From Octopus bimaculoides (taxonomy: Eukaryota), in contig NC_068983.1 in NCBI RefSeq assembly GCF_001194135.2, positions 21,668,694 through 21,732,693 on the forward strand: 64,000 bases of DNA. The letters are read 5' to 3'. This document shows, one piece after another, positions 1-12,681 of the stretch. The position numbers and the translations under genes were made by a program. The notes beneath the pieces were generated by a model. The model was not told the origin of the DNA. It saw only the letters and a program-made list of their open reading frames with translations, and made no database searches. The first letter of the stretch is position 1, and each line of letters starts with the position of its first letter.

Positions 1-597
1 AAGCACTCATGGCACCTTGGTTGCCGGCCCTCAATATTAACGGGGTACTTTGCCCCAGCCAATTTTAGAAAATCTGGAAAGCACATGTCTCCTACAGCCA
101 CTGGGGACCACAAGGTCAATGTCGCCTTGGCGCCCTGCCAGTTGACTGCAGGTGACATGTGCACATTAAGGAACCTGGGTCCACTGTCCCCCAAGCCCTG
201 CCGAATGGTATCAGCGATCCACTCGGCCTTGTAACTTGGGGGTAGTCCATGCACCCAGGCTCTAATTATTCTTCTTCCGCAGTAAGAGGTGGGGGAACAA
301 AATTTCCTACCCCTGCAGTGTCTGACTTGCCGCGTTAGCGGCTTCTTCGGGGGAGTCAAACAACAACCACACCGTCGCAAATTTGACCCCCTTTGATATA
401 TAATATTTCTTTGTTGGCAAACAACTTGCCAACTCTTTTTCAATTGTCTCTTTATTGAAGAGGGTGATGGTATTTCGTGACCTACAATAGGTCCGCATGA
501 CCACCGTCCTCCTCTCCATCTCTTTCATCCACTGCTTGGGTGGGCACAGTTCCCACTCCAAGACAGCGTTCTTTTTTCCCATGTTCTTTTTTTCCAT
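1..597 (-). pseudogene. ORF1 (gag-like; RRM-like region and start of a CCHC zinc knuckle) of an L1/Tx1-type non-LTR retrotransposon, frameshifted
   Basis: The track ORF 307-597 (..KFATVWLLFDSPEEAANAASQTLQG*) continues in a shifted frame that I translated by hand to the window edge: RRIIRAWVHGLPPSYKAEWIADTIRQGLGDSGPRFLNVHMSPAVNWQGAKATLTLWSPVAVGDMCFPDFLKLAGAKYPVNIEGRQPRCHEC. The V.GLP and (Y)EGxQPRCxxC motifs are typical of L1/Tx1-clade ORF1. The frameshift lies at about 280-310. Confidence 0.7.
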
Positions 598-1012
598 GTC
601 CGAAAAAGTTCAATAAAGTTCAATAACACAAGAGAATACAACCGTCCAAAAAAANNNNNNNNNNNNNNNNNNNNNNNNNNNNNNNNNNNNNNNNNNNNNN
701 NNNNNNNNNNNNNNNNNNNNNNNNNNNNNNNNNNNNNNNNNNNNNNNNNNNNNNNNNNNNNNNNNNNNNNNNNNNNNNNNNNNNNNNNNNNNNNNNNNNN
801 NNNNNNNNNNNNNNNNNNNNNNNNNNNNNNNNNNNNNNNNNNNNNNNNNNNNNNNNNNNNTTTACTGCAAAAAAACAAACAGCAACAAACCCCCTCCCAG
901 CTCAAAAAACAATTCCACCTACCTCGGTCGACATCACAAATTTTCAACTCCGGACGGCACTCACACACGTCCACAATGTTCAATAGCAAGAAAGACTAAC
1001 TCTCCAATACCA

Positions 1013-1043
1013 AAAGCAAGCTTCTTGCCACACAGCCACACCT
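1013..1043 (-). mobile_element. 5' fragment (A-box/D-arm only) of the abundant tRNA-derived CORE-type SINE (family A), broken at the Tx1-like element
   Basis: The reverse complement caggtgtggctgtgtggcaagaagcttgctt matches the head of other copies in the window (e.g. 57744, 23935) and stops abruptly before the expected cccaaccacatgg. Confidence 0.7.
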
Positions 1044-1129
1044 GAAGGATTTTGCTAAAATTTGCTAAATCGCTTAAGATCTTGATAACAGAAGCTCAGA
1101 AACCGACACATTTCTGGATTTGGGTGAAA

Positions 1130-1570
1130 GGACGATGCCTTTCGTCTTCGCAAGACATCGTAGACCGGTGAGATTAATGTCAGTAAATGTTCCTCTTGAA
1201 CCGTTACAAGTCAACAGAAAAGACATGAGTAGGAAGATAATTCCAGAGAGCTGATGTTATGGAAAGGAAGGGCTGGATGTAGAGATTAATGTGGGGCCTT
1301 GGAAGCTGTATGCAACAATAATGAAAGGAGGAAGAGAGATTAGTTGGACGGGAGTGTTTTGGTAAAGGTAACAGAAGCCCAGCTAACTTTTACAGGCAAA
1401 GATGGTTATAGGAAAGATTAAAAAAAGGGGAAGGAGGGAAGGAGAGACGACATGAGTGTAGGTCATGGGCTGGAGTGTATCTGGGAGTGATTTTATGCCA
1501 ATCAGTCGAGCAATGGAGTAACTAGAGCAGTCATGGGCAAATTGCAGTCCTCGGGACTTTCTAGGTGACA
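1130..1570 (-). mobile_element. Degenerate 3' end of a CR1/L2-group LINE (C-terminus of the RT ORF)
   Basis: Minus-strand peptide SIARLIGIKSLPDTLQPMT..VVSPSL.. resembles the RAVRLIG...LQPLSHRR.VASL motif of CR1/L2-group ORF2 ends; many stops and frameshifts. Confidence 0.45.
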
Positions 1571-1867
1571 CACTTTAATTCAGGAGGAAAATAACGTTTA
1601 AAATTGTTTTAGTTGTGCGGTCCGCCTGATGATAAACTAAGTCTCATTCAGTCCACTTTCCGAAAAAGTTGCCCATGCTTCAACTTGAGTGTATGCTGCC
1701 GTGAGCAACTCTTGAGCTTTCGTCTCATCCTCGGGCGCCCACAGTCTACACAAATTTATGCAGCGGACACAAAATGCTTCCCCATAAAACGGGTTATTTC
1801 TGGTCCTAAAGAGAAAGGTCCGCCGTTGGGATGCGGTCCAAGCCACATGGTTCTGAGTTCAATTCTC

Positions 1868-2006
1868 CACCATCCCCTGCCGGAGCCTCGTGGAACTTTA
1901 GGTGTTTTCGCTCAATAAACACTCAGAACGCCCGGTCTAGGAATCGAAACCGCGATCCTACGACCACGAGTCCGCTGCCCTAACCACTGGGCCATTGCGC
2001 CTCCAC
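1868..2006 (-). mobile_element. tRNA-derived SINE family B, 5' part
   Basis: The reverse complement begins gtggaggcgcaatggcccagtggttagggcagcggactcg..ggtttcgattcc (A and B boxes) and is near-identical to 9080-9205 and 25760-25903. Confidence 0.8.
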
Positions 2007-2125
2007 TCTCGTTTCATATGTTCTGAGTAATATAAACTTTCCTTTCATAAGTCCCAAGTTACTCTAAAGGTTGAACAAATATTGGAAATGTGTATGGTAT
2101 ATAATGCATGGATGCCAGCGAAATA

Positions 2126-2880
2126 TGAGGTGATATCAAAAGGTTCCCGGATGAGTTATGGTTTATAAAAAATAACTTATCTAACATCATCTCCTTCGAA
2201 ATAGTCACCTTGCGCAGCAATACACCGCTCCTAGCATTCCTGCCACTTTTGGAATCCGTCCTATAAGACATTTTCCATAAGTGAGTCGAAGACCTTCTTC
2301 GATCTGTTGTGGATTTCGACAACGGTGTTAAAACCGCCACCATTGAGCTACATTTTTATCTTGGGGACGAGATGGAAGTCCGCAAGGACGAAATCTGGCG
2401 AATTGGGCGGATGCGGGTGTGATACTATATTGTCTTTGGCGAGAAACTCACGAATGAGAAGAACTCGGTGAATAATCCAATTCTTTGCGCTCCACGGATC
2501 CGGCCGCTTTCGCCGAATGTTTTGCCTCAAATGCTTCAAAACAGTCTGACCTTTAGGAATGAATTCTCGATGCACAATACCACATTTCCGGAGGTGACGC
2601 ACGTGGCTGGCTTTTCAGGCCGCTTATCGTCTTCCAGTGATGTTTTTTTCCGTTTTTAAAGCGTCCGTGCCACTCAAAACATTGCGTACGATCCATTGTC
2701 TCGTTGCCGTAAGCTTGCCGAAGCATGATCAATGTCTCAGTAGCAGATTTCTCAAGTTTAACGCAAAATTTCACGTTGGCTCTTTGGTCCTGTCCATGAC
2801 AAAATTGCAGACGACAGCATACACGTGATCACAAAAGCACACATTTCACGACTTACGAAGTAAACACAGCGATGTCACTC
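2126..2880 (-). mobile_element. Mariner (Tc1/mariner superfamily) relic with an internally deleted, frameshifted transposase
   Basis: Fragments MKFCVKLEKSATETLIMLRQAYGNETMDRTQCFEWHGRFKNG (N-terminal HTH), IVHREFIPKGQTV, HPHPPNSPDFVLADFHLVPKIK (YSPDLAP-like) and DGFQKWQEC*ERCIAAQGDYFEGD. A terminal ta|tgaggtgatatcaaaaggttcccgg TIR-like end lies at 2124. Confidence 0.85.
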
Positions 2881-3904
2881 GGGAAACTGCTTCATAAAGG
2901 TCACGCTTTTTGGGATGAAGACCTAGTTTCAGAAATCTGCAATCGTTCATGACATTTTGCTATATTAGAACATTTTAACCGTGCTACTCGTTTGAGAAAT
3001 TCTTTCAATTAAAGACCTTCAATTTATTTGTTTTTCAACTACTGAATAATGTAGAGTATGCATGTTGTTTGTTCCCTATTCTAAATCAATAAAATTGAAC
3101 ATTGAACGTTTTCTTATAATAACGTTTTTTTTTTGCAGCTAGAAGGCGTACCTTTTATTTTCCTATCATTCTGGCTCTTATCTAAATTGAAGCTAACACT
3201 CCAAAATATATGGTGTTTTTACGTTCGGCAAAATAATTGACAATCAAATACAATAATTGATTGGCCTGTATCCCAATTAAGATTAATTGATTGCTAGGAA
3301 AATAATTGATTGGAAACATTCCAATCAATTATTTACAGCCCCTGTTTGTACCCACATCAGCGCATTACAACCGGTGATGTGTTTATGTCCCCTTAACTTA
3401 ACGCTTCGGCAAGAGACCGATAAAATAAGTTCTAGGCTTACAAAGAATAAGACTTGGAGTTGAATTATTCGACAAAAGCACTTCAAGGTAGTGCTCCAGC
3501 ATGGTTGTAATCAAATGGCTGAAACAAATGAAAGAATANNNNNNNNNNNNNNNNNNNNNNNNNNNNNNNNNNNNNNNNNNNNNNNNNNNNNNNNNNNNNN
3601 NNNNNNNNNNNNNNNNNNNNNNNNNNNNNNNNNNNNNNNNNNNNNNNNNNNNNNNNNNNNNNNNNNNNNNNNNNNNNNNNNNNNNNNNNNNNNNNNNNNN
3701 NNNNNNNNNNNNNNNNNNNNNNNNNNNNNNNNNNNNNNNNNNNNNNNNNNNNNNNNNNNNNNNNNNNNNNNNNNNNNNNNNNNNNNNNNNNNNNNNNNNN
3801 NNNNNNNNNNNNNNNNNNNNNNNNNNNNNNNNNNNNNNNNNNNNNNNNNNNNNNNNNNNNNNNNNNNNNNNNNNNNNNNNNNNNNNNNNNNNNNNNNNNN
3901 NNNA

Positions 3905-3939
3905 TGGATTTAGTAGACGGAAACTGAAAGAAGCCCGTC

Positions 3940-4005
<66 letters not shown>

Positions 4006-4225
4006 GTGTATATGTTTGTGTGTCTGTGTTTGTCCCCCCAACATCGCTTGACAACCGATGCTGGTGTGTTTACGTCCCCGTAACTTAGCGGTTCGGCAAA
4101 ACAGACCGATAGAATAAGTACTAGACTTCCAAAGAATAAGTCCTGGGGTCGATCTGCTCGACTAAAGGCGGTGCTCCTGCATGGCCGCAGTCAAATGACT
4201 GAAACAAGTAAAAGATAAAAGATAA
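3905..4225 (+). mobile_element. CORE-type SINE family A (3' two-thirds, with internal (TA)n(TG)n)
   Basis: gtagacggaaactgaaagaagcccgtcg-(microsatellite)-tgtcccccaacatcgcttgacaaccgatgctgg...gcagtcaaatgactgaaacaagtaaaag. More than 15 copies or fragments of this family occur in the window. Confidence 0.85.
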
Positions 4226-6075
4226 AGGATACACATCAATCAATCTTCACAACACAGAATTTATTCCATTATTTGAATTGCATATAGTCTCGATTAATGC
4301 GAACGTTTTAACTGTCTGATAAACCCCTCAGGGAAACTCACACACACATTCATATATACGTACACTTGTACGAACACACAAATGCACAAAATAAAACGAA
4401 ATAACAGGTTAAGATGTTTCTATTATGAGGGGAGATAACCCAAAGTTACTTCGAGTTACATCCCTTTTACAAAATGGCGTTGTCCTCACGGTGTTGATTT
4501 TTCCGAATATAAACATTACATTACGAGGTAAAAATTAATTATTTGTTTATTTACTTGAATACGTTTTGGATTTAACTAGTAACACTTCTAAATAGTTACG
4601 TACCTTATATGCTTTAAGGGTTCATCTCTATGTGTCTATACTATATAATACAACTGGGAACTCTACGAAGCACCTCTTCGTAATCGTTCGAATTACTAGA
4701 AATAACAGCCAAATTTCTTTCAATGTACACCTTACCGTCATATTTTCTGAAGAAAAATACAGTATTATATTGAATAATGCATGTCTGGGCTATATTAAAT
4801 ATGAACAGACGACGTTGTCATGGTTAGAATGCCTTTGAGCGTGCCATTTAATCTGTTCGTCATCGATGACCTGAGGTTAAGCCACGACAATAACACGAGA
4901 TTTTCCAGGGGTGTTGTGTACAGACGTTGCAGACATCCTACTTTTCATTGAAGAGAATCGTTATTATTATTATGTAATCTGTATATATATATGTCGGGAA
5001 CTACTAACTGGTAAAAGCTATCGTTAATTAGCGTGTTAATTATCAAATTAATGACTTCCTGAAAAAAAAACGTAGTTACTGTTTTTATACTTCAAATTTT
5101 TCCTAATACCATAAACATGCGCATATACATACATACGTAGACACACGCACACACTTGCAAGTATTCAGGCCGGGTCTCCGATTTGGAGATACCCTCCTCT
5201 TCCCTGCCAGTTTCGGAGGTCCTGTGAAAGATAATGGATACTGCTTTTCCCTCTGTGTGTGTGTGTGTGTGTGTGAAGGCGCGTAGCCTAGCAGTGAGGG
5301 TGATGCACTTACGATCGTGAGATCGTGGTTTGCGATTCCCAGAAAAGCAGTGCATTGTGTTTTTGAGTAAAACACTATTTCACGTCAGCTGTTAACACAT
5401 AAAGCGCGACGAGCCACAATCGTGGCCGTCAGGCACAGGTCGACAGCCCACGATCGGGGCCCAAATAGATGCATTTAATTTATGGGCGTTTGTTGGGGTC
5501 TAATGTCATTCAAACGTTCTGAAACCCCCCACCCCTCCACCAGAATGCAAGAGGACTAATAGTTCAACTAATAACTTTTCAGATGGTGTAAAACTTGCCA
5601 TCATTATGTACTAAGAAGATATTTTAACTATTTTTTTACTTTTTATGTGTGCATGGTAGACTCATTTTCATAAAATTGTGCTCAAATCCAGGCGCTTTAT
5701 GGGTTAATTGGTTACAAGCCTTGCGACGGACTGGCGTTCTGTTCTTGGAGAATGTTGGCCTGACCATCTCGCCAACAGGGTAATATCATTTGATAGCTAC
5801 AACAATGCGAGGGAGCGTGTTGTGATCAGCTGTGTATAACATTCAACAGTCTAGTCGAAAGTGATATATATATATATATATGTATATNNNNNNNNNNNNN
5901 NNNNNNNNNNNNNNNNNNNNNNNNNNNNNNNNNNNNNNNNNNNNNNNNNNNNNNNNNNNNNNNNNNNNNNNNNNNNNNNNNNNNNNNNNNNNNNNNNNNN
6001 NNNNNNNNNNNNNNNNNNNNNNNNNNNNNNNNNNNNNNNNNNNNNNNNNNNNNNNNNNNNNNNNNNNNNNNNNNN

Positions 6076-6436
6076 NGTTACCAGCGTCGCCTTACTGGCA
6101 CTTGTGCCACCGGTACATGGAAAACGACATTCAAGTGAGAGTATTGCCAGTGCCGCTGGACTGGCTCCTGTGCAGGTGACATGTAAAAACACCATTTGAG
6201 CATGGCTGTTGCCAGTTCCGCCTGACTGGCCCTCATGCCACTACACTCTTGGAGTGGTTGGCGTTAGGAAGGGCATCCAGCTGTAGAAACTCTGCCAGAT
6301 CAGATTGGAACCTGGTGCAGCTCTCTGGCTTACCATCCCAGTCAAACTATCTAATCCATGCCAGCATGGAAAGTAGATGCTCAATGATGATGATGTTGAC
6401 GATGATGATGATGATGATGATGATGATGACGATGAT
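6076..6436 (+). mobile_element. RTE LINE 3' UTR/tail ending in (GAT)n
   Basis: ggttggcgttaggaagggcatccagctgtagaaac...ccatgccagcatgga..(gat)n. The same block directly follows an RTE ORF end at 46125-46703. Confidence 0.7.
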
Positions 6437-6695
6437 GATATATATATATTTATATTGTGTGTATCTTTGTGTTTGTATTTGTCACTGTTTAACAACCAGT
6501 GTTAGTGTGTTTACATCCCTGTAACTTAGCAGTTCAGCAAAGTGTCATTCCATTCAGAAAAGTACAACAATATAAGGATGCTTATTGTGACCAGCAGTGC
6601 ATGACCTTATCTGGTAGTTAGTTGATATACTGATATACTGTATTTTAACGCGTATAAGGAACCCTTTTTTGTCAAAACTTAGGTATATGTATATA

Positions 6696-7095
6696 GGCAG
6701 GGTGGGTGGTTTGATGGTAAGAAGCTTGCTTCCCAAACATGTGGTTCCAGGTTCACCCCCACTGCATGTGGGCAAGTATCTTCTACTATAACCTTGGGCC
6801 AACCAAAGCACTGTGAGTAGATTAAGTAGACAGAAACTGAAAGAAGCTCATCATGTGTGTGTCTCTGTTTGTCTGTCTGTGTGTGTCCTCATATCTGTTC
6901 ATCTTCCACCACTACCTGACAACCAGTGTAAGTGTGTTTACATCCTTATAACTTAGCTGTTCAGCAAAGGAGACCAATCGAATAAATACCAAGCTTAACA
7001 AAAAGTGAGTACTGGGGTCTATTCAATTGACTAAAAATTCCTCAAGGCAGTGCCCCAGCATCAGCACAGTCTAATGCTCGAAAGAAAGAAAGAAA
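6696..7095 (+). mobile_element. CORE-type SINE family A, diverged full-length copy
   Basis: tRNA-like head (ggtaagaagcttgcttcccaa..ggttccaggttca), gggcaagt CORE-like block and family tail. Confidence 0.75.
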
Positions 7096-7101
7096 TAAAT
7101 G

Positions 7102-7103
<2 letters not shown>

Positions 7104-7132
<29 letters not shown>

Positions 7133-7610
7133 TGTATGTATGTATGTATGTATGTATGTATGTATGTATGTATGTATGTATGTATGTATGTATGTATGTA
7201 TGTATGTATGTATGTATGTATGTATGTATGTATGTATNNNNNNNNNNNNNNNNNNNNNNNNNNNNNNNNNNNNNNNNNNNNNNNNNNNNNNNNNNNNNNN
7301 NNNNNNNNNNNNNNNNNNNNNNNNNNNNNNNNNNNNNNNNNNNNNNNNNNNNNNNNNNNNNNNNNNNNNNNNNNNNNNNNNNNNNNNNNNNNNNNNNNNN
7401 NNNNNNNNNNNNNNNNNNNNNNNNNNNNNNNNNNNNNNNNNNNNNNNNNNNNNNNNNNNNNNNNNNNNNNNNNNNNNNNNNNNNNNNNNNNNNNNNNNNN
7501 NGTATGTATGTATGTATGTATGTATGTATGTATGTATGTATGTATGTATGTATGTATGTATGTATGTATGTATGTATGTATGTATGTATGTATGTATGTA
7601 TGTATGTATG

Positions 7611-7639
<29 letters not shown>
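7104..7639. repeat. (TATG)n microsatellite spanning an N gap
   Basis: Perfect TATG array on both sides of the gap; it is the source of the MYVC/YIHT pseudo-ORFs. Confidence 0.97.
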
Positions 7640-7642
<3 letters not shown>

Positions 7643-7854
7643 AGACGGGATCCTAATATCTTCAGTGAAATGCCCTAACTCAATATTCAGGATGGAAAAG
7701 TAGGTATAAAGTCTATACACTGTGCCCAATATCAGCTATGGGCACGTAAGAGATGTAGTGGAAATTTAAAATAGCAGAGAAAATAGGCTTCATATTTGAC
7801 AGACATACTACGAGCACTTCAGAAATAGATTCTCTTGAATATCTAAATGACTCA

Positions 7855-8440
7855 CTGTAAAAACAGTTGATGGTTTTTGTTACATGATAGATATAATTAG
7901 CAGAGGAGAAGGTGCTTGCTCTGAAAATATAGCATCCAGTGTAGAACAGGCTGGAAGAAGTTCAAGGAGTTCCTGCCACTACTGGCAACCAAGATTTATT
8001 TATTTTATTTATTTATTTATTTATTATATGATAAGCAGATTGTATGACACTTGTGTTAGAACTGAAATGCTACGTGGTAGTAAAACATGGACCTTGAATT
8101 GAGAAAACTGAAAAGAAATTAAGGGAGCCTCCTTCATTGGATATGCAATGTTAGGGTGCATAAATGAGAGTACAAATTTTGCTGAGAGAAAAACTGGGCA
8201 TAAGAGGAATCGGTATGCAAGAAAGAAGATGTGCTGGTATGGATTTATGATGCCTCTGGATGAAGACTGCTGTATAAAGAAGTACCAATCACTAAATGTG
8301 CATGGAGCTTGTAGTAGTGGGGGATGCAAGAAGACATAACATATGATGGAATGGTAAAGACTGATATCAGGTCTTTAAATCTCAAGGAAGAAATGGCAAG
8401 GGTCCACGATGACTAGCAATGTGCAGTTCTTGAGAAGACC
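7855..8440 (+). mobile_element. RTE LINE, degenerate C-terminal ORF fragment
   Basis: VDGFCYMIDIISRGEG.CSE.., LYDTCVRTEMLRGSKTWTL.., ..LDEDCCIKK.QSL.V.G.. correspond to RTE motifs FCYLGD.IS..GG, LY.ACVRS.MLYGSETW and R.DEDSCVKKC. Confidence 0.75.
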
Positions 8441-8484
8441 ACTGCCAACTCAGTGAAACTGTGTTCTGAAAATGGTGTGTACAT

Positions 8485-8520
<36 letters not shown>

Positions 8521-8829
8521 ATATATATATATATACAAATATATATATATATGTATATATATATACAAATACATATATATATGTACATATATATATATAT
8601 AAACAATATATGAGTATATGCATATATATGTACATGTATGTATATACGTTCATCTACATGTACATATAGATACATAACTGGTGTTTTATTACCAAGGACA
8701 TGACAACCCCTTCAGTGATGGTACCTTGATAAAATGCACCCAGTACATATTGTAAAGTGCCTGGTGCAGGAATCGAAACCACAATCTTATGATCACGAAT
8801 ACAAACACCCTTAAGCACTGGTCTATAAA

Positions 8830-9205
8830 CAGTCGTTGTTGGCACTCCGTCGCTTACGACGTCGAGGGTTCCAGTTGATCCGATCAACGGAACAGCCTGC
8901 TTGTGAAATTAACATGCAAGTGGCTGAGCACTCCACAGACACATGTACCCTTAACGTAGTTCTCGGGGATATTCAGCATGACACAGTGTGACAAGGCCGA
9001 CCCTTTGAATTACTGTTACAACAGAAACAGGAAGTAAGAATGAGAGAAAGCTGTGGTGAAAGAGTACAGCAGGGTTCACCACCATCCTCTGCCGGAGCCT
9101 CATGGAGCTTTAGGTGTTGTCGCTCAATAAACACTCACAATGCCCGGTCTGGGAATCGAAACCACGATCCTATGACCGCGAGTCTGCACCCTAACCACTG
9201 CGCCT
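8830..9205 (-). mobile_element. tRNA-derived SINE family B, near full length
   Basis: Shares its whole length with 25525-25903; tRNA-like head at the right end and tail ...gacgtcgtaagcgacggagtgccaacaa at the left end. Confidence 0.85.
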
Positions 9206-9967
9206 ACACTTATCTATAAACAGTAGTCTGTAAGTAAACATAGGTATCTATGTTATTTACCAAAGAAAGTGTTATAGGGATGTGATTTTTTTTTTTTTTT
9301 TTTACTTTTTTTTTTTAATTTTATATCCTGAGTCTATATTATCATTTAAAGTAGGAGGCAAAACATTGAGACAAACATGTGTACACAAACTACACTTATT
9401 TACTTACACATTCAAAACTATTTCATTTATTAATATTTAATCCACTGGCTAGACGAGACACGTTCAGATTATTGTACTGGGCATCAATATTTCATCAAAG
9501 TATTTCAAATATATTAACTATTTACTTAAGATTTCAAAGCAAAACAAAACAAAGTTGTTGTTTTTATTATCTTATATTCGGATTAAGTACTTTGTACAGA
9601 TTCAGAATTTTACGTGAACAGCTAAACAATATATTTTATAGATGGGTGTAATATCACTCAACTATAAAATAGAAATAGTTATCTACTTCTCAGAAAAGTT
9701 TGTGAAAGTATTTTTAATGCTGGAACGTAATATACTAATATATGATTGAGGGATACTAACAGTTTTCAAGATTTCTCTTTATGACTCTTTTACTAGTTTT
9801 TTTTTTGTTTATTTTTTATTTTATTTTTATTTTTGTCTTTCTTTATCTCTCTCTGTGCTCTCTGCGTGTGTCTTTAGCTTCCATTATTTCCTTTCTTTAC
9901 TTTGTGTTATTGGTTGTTTTCTGTCTCCTCTTTCACACGTCTCTGGTGAGATATAATGCACTTAAGT

Positions 9968-10740
9968 ACTGTCATCATCATCATCGTTATCATCATACGT
10001 CCATTTTCCAAACTGGCATGAGTTGGACAGCTTGACAGGAGATGGCCAGCTGAAGAGCTGTCCAGGCTCCACATCTGTTTTGGCATGGCTTCTCCTGCTG
10101 GATGCCCTTCCTAACACCAACCACTTTACGGAGTGTACTGAGTGCTTTTATGCAGCACCAGCATGGGCACTTTTACCTGGCACCAGCATTTTAACATAGC
10201 ACAGACACAGGTGCTTTTTATGTGGCACCAGCACCCCACAAGTCCACAAGATTAACCCTTTCGTTACTGTATTTATTTTGAGATGCTCCGTGTTTCTTTC
10301 AATTACTTTGAATATAACAAATAATTTAGTAAAATAACTTAGTTACCATTAAGCTAGTGTTAAGAACATAAATTGTGACTAAAGTTTGGTGGGAGATTTT
10401 AATTCAAAACTTATGAAAGCAAGAGATTTGTACTCAGAGCCAGAGCCGGTTTCAGCCAGGTTGGTATCGAAAGGGTTAAGGTTGCTCAGCTGAAGTGGGA
10501 TGCTGGGGCCATGCTTGTATGCAAGTACAACCACAATGTTACTTAGCTTGATGTGTCTTCTCAAGCACAGCAAACCACCAGATGGTGGCCCAATGTCTGA
10601 AGATCTTCTCTCACCACTTTGTTCCACATCTTCCCTTTCCTCATGATCCCTCCACAATTAAAGATCAGCTCTTCTTGATGCAGCTGTCCTCATCCATATG
10701 CATCACATGACTGTACCAGCACAGTCTTCTCTCTTGCATA
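9968..10740 (-). mobile_element. RTE LINE 3' end (ORF end + 3' UTR + (GAT)n), interrupted by a piggyBac MITE
   Basis: The minus strand gives QERRLCWYSHVMHMDEDSCIKK.., then the family 3' UTR and a (gat)n tail at about 9970-9995. Confidence 0.75.
10256..10475. mobile_element. piggyBac-type MITE (220 bp)
   Basis: TTAA|CCCTTTCGTTAC...GTATCGAAAGGG|TTAA: terminal inverted repeats and a TTAA target duplication at 10252-10255 and 10476-10479. Confidence 0.85.
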
Positions 10741-11339
10741 CTACACCTGTTGCCCTATATATTCAGTTTTCCTTTGGATGTACTCTGTATATAGTAAAAT
10801 TATTATTTTATTTGTCTGTTCAACTTTCATCTCTACAAGTTCTGAGTATGTAAAACGAAATACTAATTTTGTTTGTGTCTGTACATGTGTGTGTGTGTGT
10901 GTGTGTACGTCATCATCGTCATCGTCATCATTTAACATTCATTTTCCATGCTGGGTTAGGATGGATGGTTGACAGGTGCTGGCAAGGCTTGGAACCATAC
11001 CAGGCTCTGTTGTCTGTTTTGGCATGGTTTCTACAGCCGGATCCCCTTCCTAATACCAATTGCTTTACAGAGTATAGTGAGTACTTTTTATGTAGCACCA
11101 GCACTGGTGCTTTTTACAGGCATACTTACAAACATATACATATATATAATTATATGATACATATATATGCACATATATATATATGATACATATGTATATA
11201 CATATATACGATATGTACATATATACATATATATGCATATACACATATATATGCATATACACATACACACTAGCATACATATGTAGGTCCAAGCATGGCT
11301 GTGTGGTTAAGAAGCTTACTTATCAGCCATTAAGGTTGA

Positions 11340-11535
11340 CAGCAGGGACAGGCTGGATATAGCCAGTTTGAACATAGTTTCCACAACATAGAGGAGCTCC
11401 CAAGTACAGCCAGTCTTAAATTCCTCCGTTATGGCGTGGAGGACTATGATAAACAAGAGGGAGCTGAAAGCTAATCCTTGGTGAACTCCTACCAGTACGC
11501 TAAATTCTTTGCTATACTCATTACCAACTTTCAAC
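11340..11535 (-). mobile_element. RTE reverse-transcriptase fragment
   Basis: VGNEYSKEFSVLVGVHQGLAFSSLLFIIVLHAITEEFKTGCTWELLY matches the GVxQGSVLSPLLF..WELLYADD region of RTE RT. Confidence 0.85.
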
Positions 11536-11916
11536 ATTTTGTGATATTCAAAATGCTGATTTCATAGTTAAAAATTTGGCTATTGTACTAAATTCTCCCT
11601 AGTTTTTGATTATTTTCAGAATGAATTGTAACACACAGGCTGTGTATTTCATTAGTGATATTGCTGTGAAAGGTTTAGAGTTAACACAACAGAAGCAGTA
11701 GAGTACCTTGTGGTTTTTCATTCTGCCTTATATCATTGATGTTTGAAATCCAAATTCAAACCCTGCCAAAGTTATTAAAATAAGTACCAGTAACACGCTG
11801 GTATCAACTAAATCGACTATACTTCCTCCCCTTGTCCCACAGATTTGTGGCTTTATACCAACGTAACAATCTAATATTATTTTATTTATCTGAAGTACAT
11901 TTTGTAATATTCCAGA

Positions 11917-12681
11917 ATGGAAGTTGAAGAAACCATTTCTGAAGAACCTGATATACAGAGACTTCAATTAGGTGGTGAAGAGAATGATGACCGCCAAGAT
12001 ATTTCTAAATCAGATATGCTTCTTGATGACGAATCATCAGAAAGATTAAATTCTGTTGTTGGAGATAATTTGACTGATATTCCACTAGAGGGTAATAGTG
12101 ATGATAAAGGTTCACAGTTCATTCAGCCACCCACTTCAAATAGAGATCTCAAGCCACATGTTGAAGACATGCTTCAGAGACTAGCGCATTCATCTGCGCA
12201 CTTTAAACACCAACAGAGAAATGAGCCAGACCTGACCCCAAATCAGAAATACGAAATTGCTCGTGAAATATTTGAAAATAAACCCCATCTGTTCTTGGCT
12301 CGTTTCAAACAGCATCTTGCCATGAAAGATATACCCTGTTTCCAGGAATATGCCGGAGACTATGAAATAGACTTTCATCTCAGTGAGATACAAAAGTGGG
12401 ATAGTAAAAATTACAAACGAAAAAAAGTCAAGAACCGACGATACAAAGCGCTGATGGAAATGATGTCTATAGGCGATGAATACTTCACTGAAGATGCCAT
12501 GAAATCTCGTGATCCTTTGTTATATGAAGAACTCATTGGGCAACATCTAACTGAAGAAGAAAGAGTTGAAAAGGCTAATAGTATTATGGCCAAGAATGAA
12601 AATTCTCTTTCTCAGTTTCTTCTAAGACACATACAACAGCAGCAGGAGAATGCCCTCTACTACTCATTGAAACACAAAGAG
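11917..12681 (+). CDS. CCDC97: Coiled-coil domain-containing protein 97, coding exon 1 (255 codons, phase 0 end)
   Basis: Long ORF with DLTPNQKYEIA...FLARF...EIDFHL...KVKNRRYKALMEM...EYFTEDAMKSRDPLLYEELIGQHL motifs typical of CCDC97. Acceptor ..tccag|aATG at 11915/11916 and donor GAG|gtaagt at 12681/12682. Confidence 0.93.

Noticed and set aside
1625-1670. CTGATGA...GAAA spacing near 1625
   Set aside because: No helix II or helix I pairing, so it is a chance match rather than a hammerhead.
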